Below are positions 47,447 through 57,153 of a DNA stretch of 64,000 nucleotides, one piece after another; position 1 is the stretch's first letter, and the number at the start of each line of letters is the position of its first letter. The stretch is from an uncultured Chloroflexia bacterium (lineage in GTDB: Bacteria > Chloroflexota > Limnocylindria > Limnocylindrales > CSP1-4): positions 64,001 through 128,000 of the forward strand of contig CAWHDR010000001.1 of assembly GCA_963828165.1 (NCBI GenBank), read 5' to 3'. Position numbers and translations under genes: made by a program. The notes below the pieces were generated by a model. The model was not told the origin of the DNA. It did not search any database and saw only the letters and a program-made list of their open reading frames with translations.

Positions 47447-50074
47447 ATGCAAGAGCTCGCCGAGAGACGCGACCTCCCGACCGGCACGGTCACCTTCCTG
47501 CGAACCGACGTCGAAAGCTCGATGGTGCTGGCACGCACGGCCGGCGCGGACTGGGACGCGCTCAATGCCACCCATGTCGCGCTCATACGCCGCGCGATCG
47601 TCGATCACGGCGGCGTGCTCGTTCGAACGGAGGGCGACGGGATCTTTGCCGTCTTCACGGACGCCGGAGCGGCAGTTGCCGCGGCCATCGACGGACAACG
47701 GCTGATCGGCGACCACGCCTGGCCGCGGGAGGCCACGATCCGGGTGCGGATGGCCCTCCACACGGGTGAGGCGCATCGGGCGGGGGACGACTACGGGGGC
47801 TTCGAGGTCAACCGCGCGGCACGGATCGCCGGCGCCGGGCACGGTGGGCAGATCGTCCTGTCGGAGGCCACCCGGGCACTGGCTGCCGATGTGTTGCCGG
47901 ACGGCGTTCTGGTCCGCGATCTGGGCCTCCATTCGCTCAAGGACGTTCCCCGCCCCGAACGGCTGTTCCAGCTGGACGTCCCCGGCCTGCGCACGGAGTT
48001 CCCACCCCTGCGCACGGCCGGGACCGCCTTGGGCGACGTCCCGGTCCCGCTGACGAGCTTCATCGGTCGGCGTCGAGAAGTCGGGGAGCTGCTCGAACTC
48101 CTGGAGGGTCACCGGCTGCTGACCCTGACCGGACCCGGTGGCATCGGCAAGACACGACTCGCGATCGAGCTCGCCCGGTCGAGTTCGACCGCCGCGCCGG
48201 ACGGCACGTGGTTCGTCGCGCTCGACGAGATCGAAGAGCCGGCGCTCGTTCCGTCGGCCATCGCGCGCACCATGGGTCTCTTCGACGGACCGGAGCGATC
48301 CGCCGCCGATGCGCTTCTCCCGTACCTGGCGGATCGCTCTGCGCTGCTGGTCCTGGACAACCTCGAGCACCTGATGGGAGCGACGTCCGACGTCACGGCG
48401 ATCCTCCGCGGCTCTCCCGGAACGCGTGTCGTGGTCACCAGCCGATCGCCGCTGCGGATCAGCGGCGAACAGGAGTATCCGGTTCGACCGCTCGAGGCGT
48501 CGGCCTCGGGAGCGCACGATTCGGTGGCCCTGTTCGTCGAGCGTGCGCAGCGGGTCCGGCCCGGGTTCGATCCCGGTCCCGAAGCCGCCACTATCGCCGA
48601 GATCTGCGAGCTGCTGGACGGGCTTCCGCTGGGCATCGAGCTCGCCGCGGCACGCACATCGCTGCTGCCACTGCCGGCGATCCGCGATCGTTTGGGGGCG
48701 CGCCTGCCGCTTCCGGGCGCCGGGCTCCGCGACGTGCCCGATCGACAACGGACGTTGGAGGGTGCGATCAGCTGGAGCTACGCCCTGCTGCCGCCGGAGC
48801 GGCAGCGTCTGCTGCGCGACATCTCCGTCTTCGACGGGGGATTCGATCTCGAGCAGGTCGACGCCCTCCAGGGCGGCGCCGATGTGCTCGATGGGCTCCT
48901 GGAACTCGTCGACCAGAGCCTCCTGATGCGTGAATCCGGTGGTGAGATCCGCTTCCGGATGCTGCGGACGATCGGGACGTTCGCGTTGGCCGAGCTGGAG
49001 GCCGAGGGCCGATCCACAGAGCTCCGGCGACAGCACGCGCTTGCATATCTGGCGCTTGCCGAGACCGCGGCGCCCAACCTGCCGGGTGCGGATCAACCTC
49101 GCTGGCTCGATCGGCTCGGCCTGGACCACGCGAATCTGCGAGCCGCGATGCGCTGGGCACTCGACGCGGGCGAGGTGGACCTGGCATTCCGGCTCCTCGC
49201 CGGGCTGTGGCGGTACTGGCAGCTTGACGGCCACCTGGCCGAGGGCGCCGAGCTGGCCCACGCCGCGATCTCCCTGCCCGGGGCGGAGCTCCCGACGCCG
49301 CATCGCCTCGCGGCCATCACTGCCCTGGGCAACATCGCCTACTGGCAGGGTCGTGCCGATGAGGCGGTCCGCTACTACGAGGAGCAGCTGGCGCTGGCTC
49401 GCGAGCTTGGGGACCGCGCCGCGGAAGCGGATGCGGTCTTCAACCTCTCGTACGGCGCCTTCATCCGTCAGGACTTCGCGCTCACCTACGAGCGGGTGGA
49501 AACCGCGCGGGCCCTGTACCTGGAGGTCGGCGACGCCCGCGGCGCGGCTCGGACCGACTGGAGCCTGGCGACCGCTGTCATGAGCGAGGGACGGCCGGGC
49601 GATGCCCTGCCGATGTTCGAGGCAGCCGCGGAACGCTTCGCCGAGCTCGGCGACGTCTGGTACCACGCGATGGCGACCGGCAGCGTCGCGTGGGCCATGT
49701 TCGCGACTGGCGACATGCGCGGTGCCACGCACAAGTTCGCGGAGTCCCTGGCCGAGTACCGCGCGCTGCGCGACGTCGGAACCACCGCGATCTCCATCCA
49801 GATCGGCGCGATCGTCGCGCTGATCGCCGGTCGACCGGAGGACGCGGCTGTGCTGCTCGGCGCCACCGAGAGCCTGACCGAGCGATACGGGGTCGTGCCA
49901 CCAGCCGGCCTCGCATGGCTGATCGGCGCCCAGAACCCGAATGAGCGGGTGGCGGAGGTGCTCGAACCGGACGTGCTGGCGTCCGCGCTTGAACGGGGCC
50001 GGCGATTCGGTCTCGACGAGGCGGTGGAACTCGTCGTCCGGATCGAATCCGAATTGCCTACGGTCGAGAGATAG
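47447..50074 (+). CDS. Class III adenylate/guanylate cyclase - STAND NTPase - TPR protein
   Basis: TFLRTDVESS, TEGDG, EVNRAARI; Walker A TGPGGIGKTRLA, Walker B LLVLDNLEH, DGLPLGIELAA; C-terminal TPR-like helices. Confidence 0.92.
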   Translation: MQELAERRDLPTGTVTFLRTDVESSMVLARTAGADWDALNATHVALIRRAIVDHGGVLVRTEGDGIFAVFTDAGAAVAAAIDGQRLIGDHAWPREATIRVRMALHTGEAHRAGDDYGGFEVNRAARIAGAGHGGQIVLSEATRALAADVLPDGVLVRDLGLHSLKDVPRPERLFQLDVPGLRTEFPPLRTAGTALGDVPVPLTSFIGRRREVGELLELLEGHRLLTLTGPGGIGKTRLAIELARSSSTAAPDGTWFVALDEIEEPALVPSAIARTMGLFDGPERSAADALLPYLADRSALLVLDNLEHLMGATSDVTAILRGSPGTRVVVTSRSPLRISGEQEYPVRPLEASASGAHDSVALFVERAQRVRPGFDPGPEAATIAEICELLDGLPLGIELAAARTSLLPLPAIRDRLGARLPLPGAGLRDVPDRQRTLEGAISWSYALLPPERQRLLRDISVFDGGFDLEQVDALQGGADVLDGLLELVDQSLLMRESGGEIRFRMLRTIGTFALAELEAEGRSTELRRQHALAYLALAETAAPNLPGADQPRWLDRLGLDHANLRAAMRWALDAGEVDLAFRLLAGLWRYWQLDGHLAEGAELAHAAISLPGAELPTPHRLAAITALGNIAYWQGRADEAVRYYEEQLALARELGDRAAEADAVFNLSYGAFIRQDFALTYERVETARALYLEVGDARGAARTDWSLATAVMSEGRPGDALPMFEAAAERFAELGDVWYHAMATGSVAWAMFATGDMRGATHKFAESLAEYRALRDVGTTAISIQIGAIVALIAGRPEDAAVLLGATESLTERYGVVPPAGLAWLIGAQNPNERVAEVLEPDVLASALERGRRFGLDEAVELVVRIESELPTVER

Positions 50075-50086
50075 CGGCGGGCTGGC

Positions 50087-50818
50087 TCAGGACGCCGGCG
50101 TCCCCGCCGAACTCGCGTCCGCGTGCGATTCCGCGTCAGCGTCAGTCTCGACGTCACCAAGGGTGAGCCAGCCCTGACGGGCCGCAAACGTGACAGCACG
50201 GACACGGTTGGGCACCCCCAGCTTGTGCAGGATGCTCGACACGTGGTTCTTGACCGTCTGCTCGCTGACGTCGAAGAGCTCCCCGATCTCGCGGTTGCGC
50301 TTCCCTCCGGCGATCAGGCGGAGGACGTCCAGCTCCCTCGGGGTCAGCGGGTTGGTCGTTGGGCCGTCCGGGTGTCGGGTGCTCTCCCGGAAGCCCTCCA
50401 TGATCCTGTCGATCAGATCGGGCCTTCCGATCACCTCGGCGCGCAATGGATCTTCGCCATCGGCGACCTGGCGGATCACCGCCACGAGCTCGGCAGGCTT
50501 CGCAGCGGCGGCAACGTGACCCGCTGCGCCGATCTCGACGGCCCCCAGGATGCTCGCGTCGTCGTCTTCACGACCGACGACCACGATCCCGGAAGTCGGG
50601 GCCTCCAGGACGAGTCGCTGGGAGGCGGCACTGGTTTCGGGCTCCTGCAGCTCCACGTCGAGGATGAACACGTCGGGGGCGTCATCCCGGGCGACCGCAA
50701 GCGCGTCGTCGGCAGAGCGGACCTCCGCGACGACCTCCATGTCGACCTCGCGATCGAGGACGCCGCGGATCCCCAGACCCGCGAGGGTCCTGGGTTCGAC
50801 GAGGACGATCCGAATCAT
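50087..50818 (-). CDS. NarL/LuxR family response regulator
   Basis: REC domain (PDVFILDV) and LTPRELDVLRLIAGGKRNREIG...TVKNHVSSILHKL; start may be 50833. Confidence 0.9.
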   Translation of the reverse strand: MIRIVLVEPRTLAGLGIRGVLDREVDMEVVAEVRSADDALAVARDDAPDVFILDVELQEPETSAASQRLVLEAPTSGIVVVGREDDDASILGAVEIGAAGHVAAAAKPAELVAVIRQVADGEDPLRAEVIGRPDLIDRIMEGFRESTRHPDGPTTNPLTPRELDVLRLIAGGKRNREIGELFDVSEQTVKNHVSSILHKLGVPNRVRAVTFAARQGWLTLGDVETDADAESHADASSAGTPAS

Positions 50819-50906
50819 GTCGCGACCAGGCATCGTTGCAGGCTGTGATCGTCCCATCGTGGTGCGTCTCCTGGGCGCTGGGGGTACGCGCTTGCGTGGA
50901 GGCTAC

Positions 50907-51150
50907 CTACGAACGGCACATCGCGCATGACCCGAAGGGACCAACTTCGCGCGAGCCGTTCGTTCTCCCATCGGCGCTCGCCCATGCAACGACTTGCGAG
51001 TGCGTGGCAACTCGTAGATCGCGCTGCGCCGCACCCCAGGGCGTATCGCCGCCCGTGGCCTCGTTGCCCGTGACGTGCATGCGCGCGGCATACGGCGAGA
51101 GCATGGCCTTGAACCGATCGAACAGCAGCCCGAATTCGTCCGGCTGCCAC
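50907..51150 (-). pseudogene. Possible degraded gene fragment
   Basis: GGAGG then GTG GCA GCC, continuing after a one-base shift as DEFGLLFDRFKAMLSPYAARMHVT, then losing codon bias. Confidence 0.3.
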
Positions 51151-51166
51151 CCCCGTGCCCTCCGCG

Positions 51167-52150
51167 TCAGTACGCCGCCAGCGTCCGGATGCCCGCTTCG
51201 ATCTTCTCGGGACTGACCATGAACCAGTCCTCGAGAACGTGGTTGTACGGCACGCCCGGGACGTCCGGCCCCGCGATGCGCGTGACCGGCCCGTCGAGGT
51301 AGTCGAACGCCTCTTCGGCGACGATCGCCGCGACTTCCGCGCCGTACCCGCCGAACCGGTTGTCCTCGTAGACGATCAGGCACTTGCCGGTCTTGCGGAC
51401 CGACTCGAGGACGGTCTCGGTGTCCAGCGGGCGGAGCGTCCGCAGGTCGACCACCTCCACGCTGATCCCATCGTCCGCGACGCGGTCCGCGGCCTCGAGC
51501 GCGTAGTGCGCCATGAGCCCGTACGCGATGACCGATACCTGCGAGCCCGGGTGCGTGACCGCCGCCTTGCCCAGGGGAACCGTGTAGTCGGTGTCCGGCA
51601 CATCGCCTCGCACGGAGCGGTACATCTTCTTGTGCTCGAAGAACAGCACGGGGTCCTCGTCGCGGATCGACGCGCGAAGCAGGCCGCGAGCGTCGTACGG
51701 TGTGGACGGGATCACGACCTTGAGGCCCGGCACGTGGGTGAAGAACGCCTCGACGCTCTGCGAATGATAGAGCGCGCCGTGGACGCCGCCGCCGTACGGG
51801 GCCCGGATCACCATCGGGACGCCGTAGCCGTTGTTCGAGCGATATCGCATCCGTGCCGCCTCGGACACGATCTGGTTGAACGCCGGGAAGATGAAGTCGG
51901 CGAACTGGATCTCGGCGATCGGCCGGAGGCCGTTCACGGCAGCGCCGATCGACGCGCCGATGATCATCGATTCGGTGAGCGGCGTATCGATCACCCGGTC
52001 GTCGCCGAACTCCGCCCACAGACCGTCCGTGGCGAGGAACACGCCGCCCTTCTTGCCGACGTCCTCGCCCAAGACGATGATCGACTCGTCCCGGCGCATC
52101 TCGTCCGCCAGCGTCTCGCGGATCGCCTCGATGAACGTCCTTGCCGGCAT
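51167..52150 (-). CDS. bkdA2: 2-oxoacid dehydrogenase E1 beta
   Basis: GEDVGKKGGVF, DTPLTES, EIQFADF, HGALYHSQS, FFEHK. Confidence 0.92.
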   Translation of the reverse strand: MPARTFIEAIRETLADEMRRDESIIVLGEDVGKKGGVFLATDGLWAEFGDDRVIDTPLTESMIIGASIGAAVNGLRPIAEIQFADFIFPAFNQIVSEAARMRYRSNNGYGVPMVIRAPYGGGVHGALYHSQSVEAFFTHVPGLKVVIPSTPYDARGLLRASIRDEDPVLFFEHKKMYRSVRGDVPDTDYTVPLGKAAVTHPGSQVSVIAYGLMAHYALEAADRVADDGISVEVVDLRTLRPLDTETVLESVRKTGKCLIVYEDNRFGGYGAEVAAIVAEEAFDYLDGPVTRIAGPDVPGVPYNHVLEDWFMVSPEKIEAGIRTLAAY

Positions 52151-53212
52151 CTACTCGGTGTCCTCGGCGAACACGTAGCGCATGGCGGTGGACGGATCGG
52201 GGTCGGGCTGGGACTCGGCGTAGTCGGTCGCCTCCTCTACCGAGGCCTTGATCTCGGCCGTCAGCCGCTCCTCGATCTCGTCGGTGAGGACGCCGGCGTC
52301 GCGCAGCTGCGCCCGGAAGGCCGGCACGGGGTCGCGCTCGCGCTCGGCCGCGAGCTCGTCCTCGCTCCGGTACTTCGTCTGCTGGTCGTCCGAGGAGTGA
52401 CCGGTCAGGCGGGTGACCTTGGCCTCGATGAGCGTGGGGCCGTCCCCTGCCCGCGCCCGGGCGACCGCGTCGCGCGCGGCTGCATAGCAGGCCAGGACGT
52501 CGTTGCCGTCCACGATCACGCCGGGGATGCCGTATCCGGCCGCACGATCGGCAACGTTCGGGCTCGACACCTGGCGCGCCATCGGGACGCTGATCGCGTA
52601 GCCGTTGTTCTCGACCACGTAGATGAACGGGAGCTTGTGGATCGCCGCGAAGTTCAGGCCCTCGTGGACGTCGCCCTGGTTGCTGCTCCCCTCCCCCATG
52701 CTCGTCATCGCGACCTGGCCGGTCTTGCGGACCTTGGCCGCGAGCGCGATCCCGACCGCGTGGAGCAGCTGCGTCGCCACCGGCGACGAGACGCTGACGA
52801 GGTTGTGCTCGTGCGAGCCGTAATGCCCGGGCATCTGGCGACCGCCGGAGCTCGGGTCGTTGGCGGTCGCGTACTGCGCCGTCAGGATGTCGCGCGGGCT
52901 CATCCCGAACGTGAGACACGTGGCGATCGAGCGATAGAACGGGGCGATCCAGTCGTGGCCACGCTTGAACGCCCAGGCGATCCCGACCTGGGCGCCCTCG
53001 TGGCCCTGACCGGAGATGACGAACGGGATCCGCCCGGCTCGGTTGAGGATCCACATCCGCTCGTCGAGCGAGCGGGCAAGCGCGACATAGCGGTACATCT
53101 CGACGAGGTCGGCGTCGGTCAGGCCGACCGAGGCCGCGAGGCTGCCCGCCGCTTCGCCGGGGGCGGCGCCCTCGGTGCCTCCCTTGGCGGCGTCGCTCTT
53201 GGTCACGGCCAT
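52151..53212 (-). CDS. bkdA1: 2-oxoacid dehydrogenase E1 alpha (branched-chain type)
   Basis: GQGHEGAQ, DPSSGGRQMPGHY, GEGSSNQGDVHEGLNFA...ENNGYAIS, GHSSDD. Confidence 0.92.
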   Translation of the reverse strand: MAVTKSDAAKGGTEGAAPGEAAGSLAASVGLTDADLVEMYRYVALARSLDERMWILNRAGRIPFVISGQGHEGAQVGIAWAFKRGHDWIAPFYRSIATCLTFGMSPRDILTAQYATANDPSSGGRQMPGHYGSHEHNLVSVSSPVATQLLHAVGIALAAKVRKTGQVAMTSMGEGSSNQGDVHEGLNFAAIHKLPFIYVVENNGYAISVPMARQVSSPNVADRAAGYGIPGVIVDGNDVLACYAAARDAVARARAGDGPTLIEAKVTRLTGHSSDDQQTKYRSEDELAAERERDPVPAFRAQLRDAGVLTDEIEERLTAEIKASVEEATDYAESQPDPDPSTAMRYVFAEDTE

Positions 53213-53231
53213 CGTGGTCGATCGGCCTCCG

Positions 53232-54674
53232 TCAGAAGTTGATGGACCGGCCGTCCACCGCCATCGCCGCTTCGCCGATGACCTCGGACAGGGTCGGGTG
53301 GGCGTGGGTCGCGCCGCCGATCTCCCACGCGGTCGCGTCGAGCTCGAAGGCAAGCGAGGCCTCGGCGATGAGGTCGGTGGCATGCGGTCCGACGATGTGG
53401 ACGCCGAGGATGTCCTGGTTCTCCGGGTTCGAGATGACCTTCGCGAAGCCCTCGTACTCGCCGCCGATGATGGCTTTGGCGATGGCCTGGAACGGGACCT
53501 TGCCCACCTTGTACGGCGTGCCCGTCGCCTTGACCTGCTCCTCGGTCAAACCGATCGAAGCGATCTCGGGGTGGCAATACGTGGCGCGGGGCTGCTTCGT
53601 GTAGTCCATCTCGTGGACATCGGCTTCGCCGGCGATCACGTGCGCCGCGATGAGCCCCTCGTGCGCGGCGGTGTGGGCCAGCCACAAGCCGCCGATGATG
53701 TCGCCGATGGCGTAGACGTGCGACTCCTTCGTGCGCATCCGTCCGTTGACCTTGATGACGCCCTTGTCGGTCTCGACCTTGGTCGTCTCGAGGCCGATCT
53801 CCTCGATGTTCGCAGCTCGACCGGTCGCGACGAGCATCATGTCGGCGCGCAGCTCCCCTTGTTCCTTGCCCTCGGGGCCGACCATCAGGCAGATGCCGTC
53901 CTTGTCCGTGCTGACTGCCGCCGGATCGAAGCGGGCGTTGGTCATCACCGTCATGCCGCGCTTCTCGAACGAGCGCTGGACGACCTTCCCGACCTCGGCG
54001 TCTTCGAGCGGGACGATCTGGGGCGCGTACTCGAGCAGCGTCACCTTCACGCCGACGTCGTGGAACATCGAGGCGAACTCGACGCCGACGGCGCCGGCTC
54101 CGACGATCACGATGTCCTTGGGCAGGGTGGTCATGCGCAGGATGTCGTCGCTCGTGACGATCTTCTGACCGTCGGGATCCAGGCCCGGCAGGCTCTTGAC
54201 ACGAGAGCCGGTCGCGAGGATGACGTCCGTCGCCTGGAGGACCCGCTCGCCACCCTTGCCGGGGGTGCCGTCCTCACCGGGTTGGGCGACGCGGATCTTC
54301 TGCGGGCCGTCGAGGCGGCCTCGGCCGTCGATCCAGGTGACCTTGTTCTTGTCGACGAGGGTCTTGAGCCCGGTCCACATCCGCTTCACGACCTGGTCCC
54401 GCCGCGCCGCCATCTGCGCGTAGTCGATGGTGGCCTCGCCCGGGAGCGTGAGTCCGAAGTCCTTCGCGTGGCGAAGGCGGTCGGCGAACGCGGCCAATTC
54501 GAGCAGCGCCTTGGTCGGGATACAGCCGCGGTGGAGGCATGTGCCGCCGATCTTGCCCTCGTCGACGAGCGCAACCTTGAGCCCGAGCTGGCCCGCACGG
54601 AAGGCGGCCGTGTACCCGCCCGTGCCAGCGCCGAGCACGACGAGGTCGAAGTCGTTGGAGGAGCCGACGGCCAT
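53232..54674 (-). CDS. lpdA: Dihydrolipoyl dehydrogenase (E3)
   Basis: GAGTGGY, GGTCLHRGCIPTK, HAHPTLSE. Confidence 0.96.
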   Translation of the reverse strand: MAVGSSNDFDLVVLGAGTGGYTAAFRAGQLGLKVALVDEGKIGGTCLHRGCIPTKALLELAAFADRLRHAKDFGLTLPGEATIDYAQMAARRDQVVKRMWTGLKTLVDKNKVTWIDGRGRLDGPQKIRVAQPGEDGTPGKGGERVLQATDVILATGSRVKSLPGLDPDGQKIVTSDDILRMTTLPKDIVIVGAGAVGVEFASMFHDVGVKVTLLEYAPQIVPLEDAEVGKVVQRSFEKRGMTVMTNARFDPAAVSTDKDGICLMVGPEGKEQGELRADMMLVATGRAANIEEIGLETTKVETDKGVIKVNGRMRTKESHVYAIGDIIGGLWLAHTAAHEGLIAAHVIAGEADVHEMDYTKQPRATYCHPEIASIGLTEEQVKATGTPYKVGKVPFQAIAKAIIGGEYEGFAKVISNPENQDILGVHIVGPHATDLIAEASLAFELDATAWEIGGATHAHPTLSEVIGEAAMAVDGRSINF

Positions 54675-54875
54675 GGGTCAGGGTGCCTCGGGATGCCTCG
54701 GCGCGGGTGCCATCGAGCGTTCGTCGAGGGGCTGCGCGGGCGGATGGGTCATCGCGGGTCATCGTACGGCCGGGGTCGCGCGGGGCGCAACCGAGGCAGG
54801 CCCGGCGGCTGGTGCTAGAGTTCGGCCCGAGCGCCGCCCCCCATCGGCGGCCCGTGATCGAGGTCGAGGCCGAGC

Positions 54876-55523
54876 GTGGACCCAGCGATCCTGTTCCGGG
54901 CGGGGTTGCTCATCGTCCTTGCCTACGTCGCGGGCTCCATCCCGGTCGGATCGCTCGTGGCTCAGCGAGTCGGCGGGCCGGATCTCCGCTCGGTTGGGTC
55001 GGGCCGGACGGGCGGCACCAACGCACTGCGCGTGCTCGGGCGCAAATGGGCCGCGCTCGTCGTTCTCGGCGATCTGTCGAAAGGGGCCTTGCCCGTCCTG
55101 GTCGCGCGAGTCGTGACGGGCGATCCGCTCGTCGAGGTGCTGTGCGGTGTTGCCGCCGTGGCCGGTGCCATCTGGAGCGTGTTCGCCGGGTTCCGCAGCG
55201 GACGCGGCGTGGGCACCGGCGTGGGTACGATGCTGGTGATCCAGCCCCTGGCGGTCGTCCTGGCGGCACCGGTCTTCGTGCTGGTGATCGTGCTGACGCG
55301 GTACGTGTCGCTCGGATCGCTGCTTGGGTCGGCGGTCATGTTCCCCGTGATGCTGCTGCTCCTCCTCGTCGTGCCGGAGACGCCGCTGCCGTACGTGATC
55401 TACTCGGCGGTCGGTGCCGCGCTGATCTGGCTCGCGCACGCGGACAACATCGATCGCTTGATCCACGGGACCGAGCGCAAGTTCGACCTGGGATTGCTCG
55501 CAGGCAAGTCACGGAGCGGCTGA
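54876..55523 (+). CDS. plsY: Glycerol-3-phosphate acyltransferase PlsY
   Basis: GSIPVG, DLRSVGSGRTGGTNALR, DLSKG, FRSGRGVGT, TRYVSLGS, HADNIDRLIHGTE. Confidence 0.92.
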   Translation: MDPAILFRAGLLIVLAYVAGSIPVGSLVAQRVGGPDLRSVGSGRTGGTNALRVLGRKWAALVVLGDLSKGALPVLVARVVTGDPLVEVLCGVAAVAGAIWSVFAGFRSGRGVGTGVGTMLVIQPLAVVLAAPVFVLVIVLTRYVSLGSLLGSAVMFPVMLLLLLVVPETPLPYVIYSAVGAALIWLAHADNIDRLIHGTERKFDLGLLAGKSRSG

Positions 55524-55530
55524 CACCCGC

Positions 55531-56466
55531 TCAGACCGCCGCGTCCCTCGTAGCCGTCCGTTCTCGGGCGATGGCCGCCGCGGCACCGAGCTGAGCCACG
55601 GCCTCGACCGTCCGCGGCCAGAGGTGGACGATGAGGTGGCTGACCCCGAGAGCCTCATAGCCCGCGAGAGCCTCGGCGATCTCGTCGACGCTGCCGGTGA
55701 TCGTCTCCTCGGGCCGGTCGTCGTCGGCCGGGGCGGTGGCGACGAAGATCCCGGCCGTGAGCTCGAGGGAGTCTCGCGGCCGGCCCACCGCGTCGAGTGC
55801 GGCGTGCAGCCGCGTGATCCGCTCGCGCAGCTCGTGGGCATCGTCGGGATGTCCGTACCAGGCCGCGTTCCACGCATCGGCGTGGCGCGCCACCAGGTCG
55901 AGCATCCGCGGCCGCTTGCCGGCGATCAGGATGGGCGGTCCGTTCGGGCGTGGACCCGCGGGCACGGGACGGGCGTCGGCCGCCCGCTGCCAGCGGCCAT
56001 CGAATGTGGCGGTCCCGGCCCGTAGCATCGGGACGATGATCTCGAGCGCCTCAGCGAACTGGCCCACGCGGTGCTCGAATTCGTAGCCGAAGGCGTCGAA
56101 CTCCGGCTCGTGCCAGCCACACCCGAGTCCCAGGATCAGTCGCCCGCCGCTCACCTCGTCGAGCGTCGTCGCCATCTTGGCGGTGAGCGCGGGATTGCGG
56201 AACGGGACACACAGCACGAGCGGGCCGATCTGGACGCGAGTCGTGATGGCGGCCACCGCCGAGAGGATCGTCCACGCCTCGTGGATGCCATCGGTGCCGC
56301 CGGGCTCCGCGGTCTCGTCGTGGCGGAACAGCAGGTGATCCGCGCACCAGACGGAATCGAGGCCGCCCTCGTCCGCGGCGAGGGCCATGGCCCGGAACAG
56401 GGACCAGCGGTCGGGTCCGGCCAACAGCTCCTGCTGGCCGATGGGCAGCATCAGGCCGATCTTCAT
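55531..56466 (-). CDS. LLM class flavin-dependent oxidoreductase
   Basis: SVWCADH, RNPALTAKMATTLDEVSGGRLILGLGCGW. Confidence 0.92.
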   Translation of the reverse strand: MKIGLMLPIGQQELLAGPDRWSLFRAMALAADEGGLDSVWCADHLLFRHDETAEPGGTDGIHEAWTILSAVAAITTRVQIGPLVLCVPFRNPALTAKMATTLDEVSGGRLILGLGCGWHEPEFDAFGYEFEHRVGQFAEALEIIVPMLRAGTATFDGRWQRAADARPVPAGPRPNGPPILIAGKRPRMLDLVARHADAWNAAWYGHPDDAHELRERITRLHAALDAVGRPRDSLELTAGIFVATAPADDDRPEETITGSVDEIAEALAGYEALGVSHLIVHLWPRTVEAVAQLGAAAAIARERTATRDAAV

Positions 56467-56590
56467 GACCCGATGCTAGCTCGCGTGGACCGTCCCTGGG
56501 GAATCGTTCGACCCGGGTCGGCTGACAACCCGGGTCGGGATCTACGCTGGTTCGGCGGGCCGTTGGTCGGCCCGCGCCGAGAGGACTAGG

Positions 56591-56968
56591 TCAGCCGCCG
56601 CGCTGGGTGCGGAAGCAATCGCTGCAGTAGACGGGCTTGCCGCTCGTGGGACGGAACGGGACCTGGGCTTCCTTGCCGCAGGACGAGCACGTCGCCTCGA
56701 ACATCTCGCGCGGGCCGCGGTCGCGGTAGCCACCGCCGCCGCCGCCGTAACCACCCTCGCCGCCGGCGGAGTATCCGCCGCCGGCGCCGTAGCCGCCGTA
56801 CGAGCTACCGCCACCCTCCGCGTTGCGCGCGGCCTTGCGGCTTGCGCGACACGAGGGGCAACGTCGCGGCTCGGTGAAGCCGCGCTGCGCATAGAAGTCC
56901 TGCTCGGACGCGGTGAACACGAATTCCTGTCCACAGTCCGCACAGGTCAGGTTCTTGTCGTTGTACAC
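56591..56968 (-). CDS. Double zinc-ribbon (CxxC-x17-CxxC) protein with Gly/Tyr-rich linker
   Basis: DKNLTCADCGQEFVFTASEQDFY..PRRCPSCR; REMFEATCSSCGKEAQVPFRP..KPVYCSDCF; GAGGAG SD. Confidence 0.92.
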   Translation of the reverse strand: MYNDKNLTCADCGQEFVFTASEQDFYAQRGFTEPRRCPSCRASRKAARNAEGGGSSYGGYGAGGGYSAGGEGGYGGGGGGYRDRGPREMFEATCSSCGKEAQVPFRPTSGKPVYCSDCFRTQRGG

Positions 56969-57153
56969 GAAGACGAAACTCCTCTCGGTAGCCGGCGCGA
57001 TCCCGTCGGGTTTCTCGCGTCAGCCGTGAGAGGAGTCCGAGTGAGTGCCTGCGTCGAGCTACGTTCTGGCCACGGACGTTTCCGTGGCGTTTTCAGGCGG
57101 GATGGTACGCGCTCACATCGTGCCTGTATAGCCCCGACTTTTGGGGCATCCGC

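Noticed and set aside
45923-49732. 1269-aa antisense ORF and similar long shadow ORFs (e.g. 30612-33884, 25636-27738, 35572-37584)
   Set aside because: Expected from stop-codon scarcity at high GC; Arg/Gly-rich with no motifs, and they overlap well-supported genes
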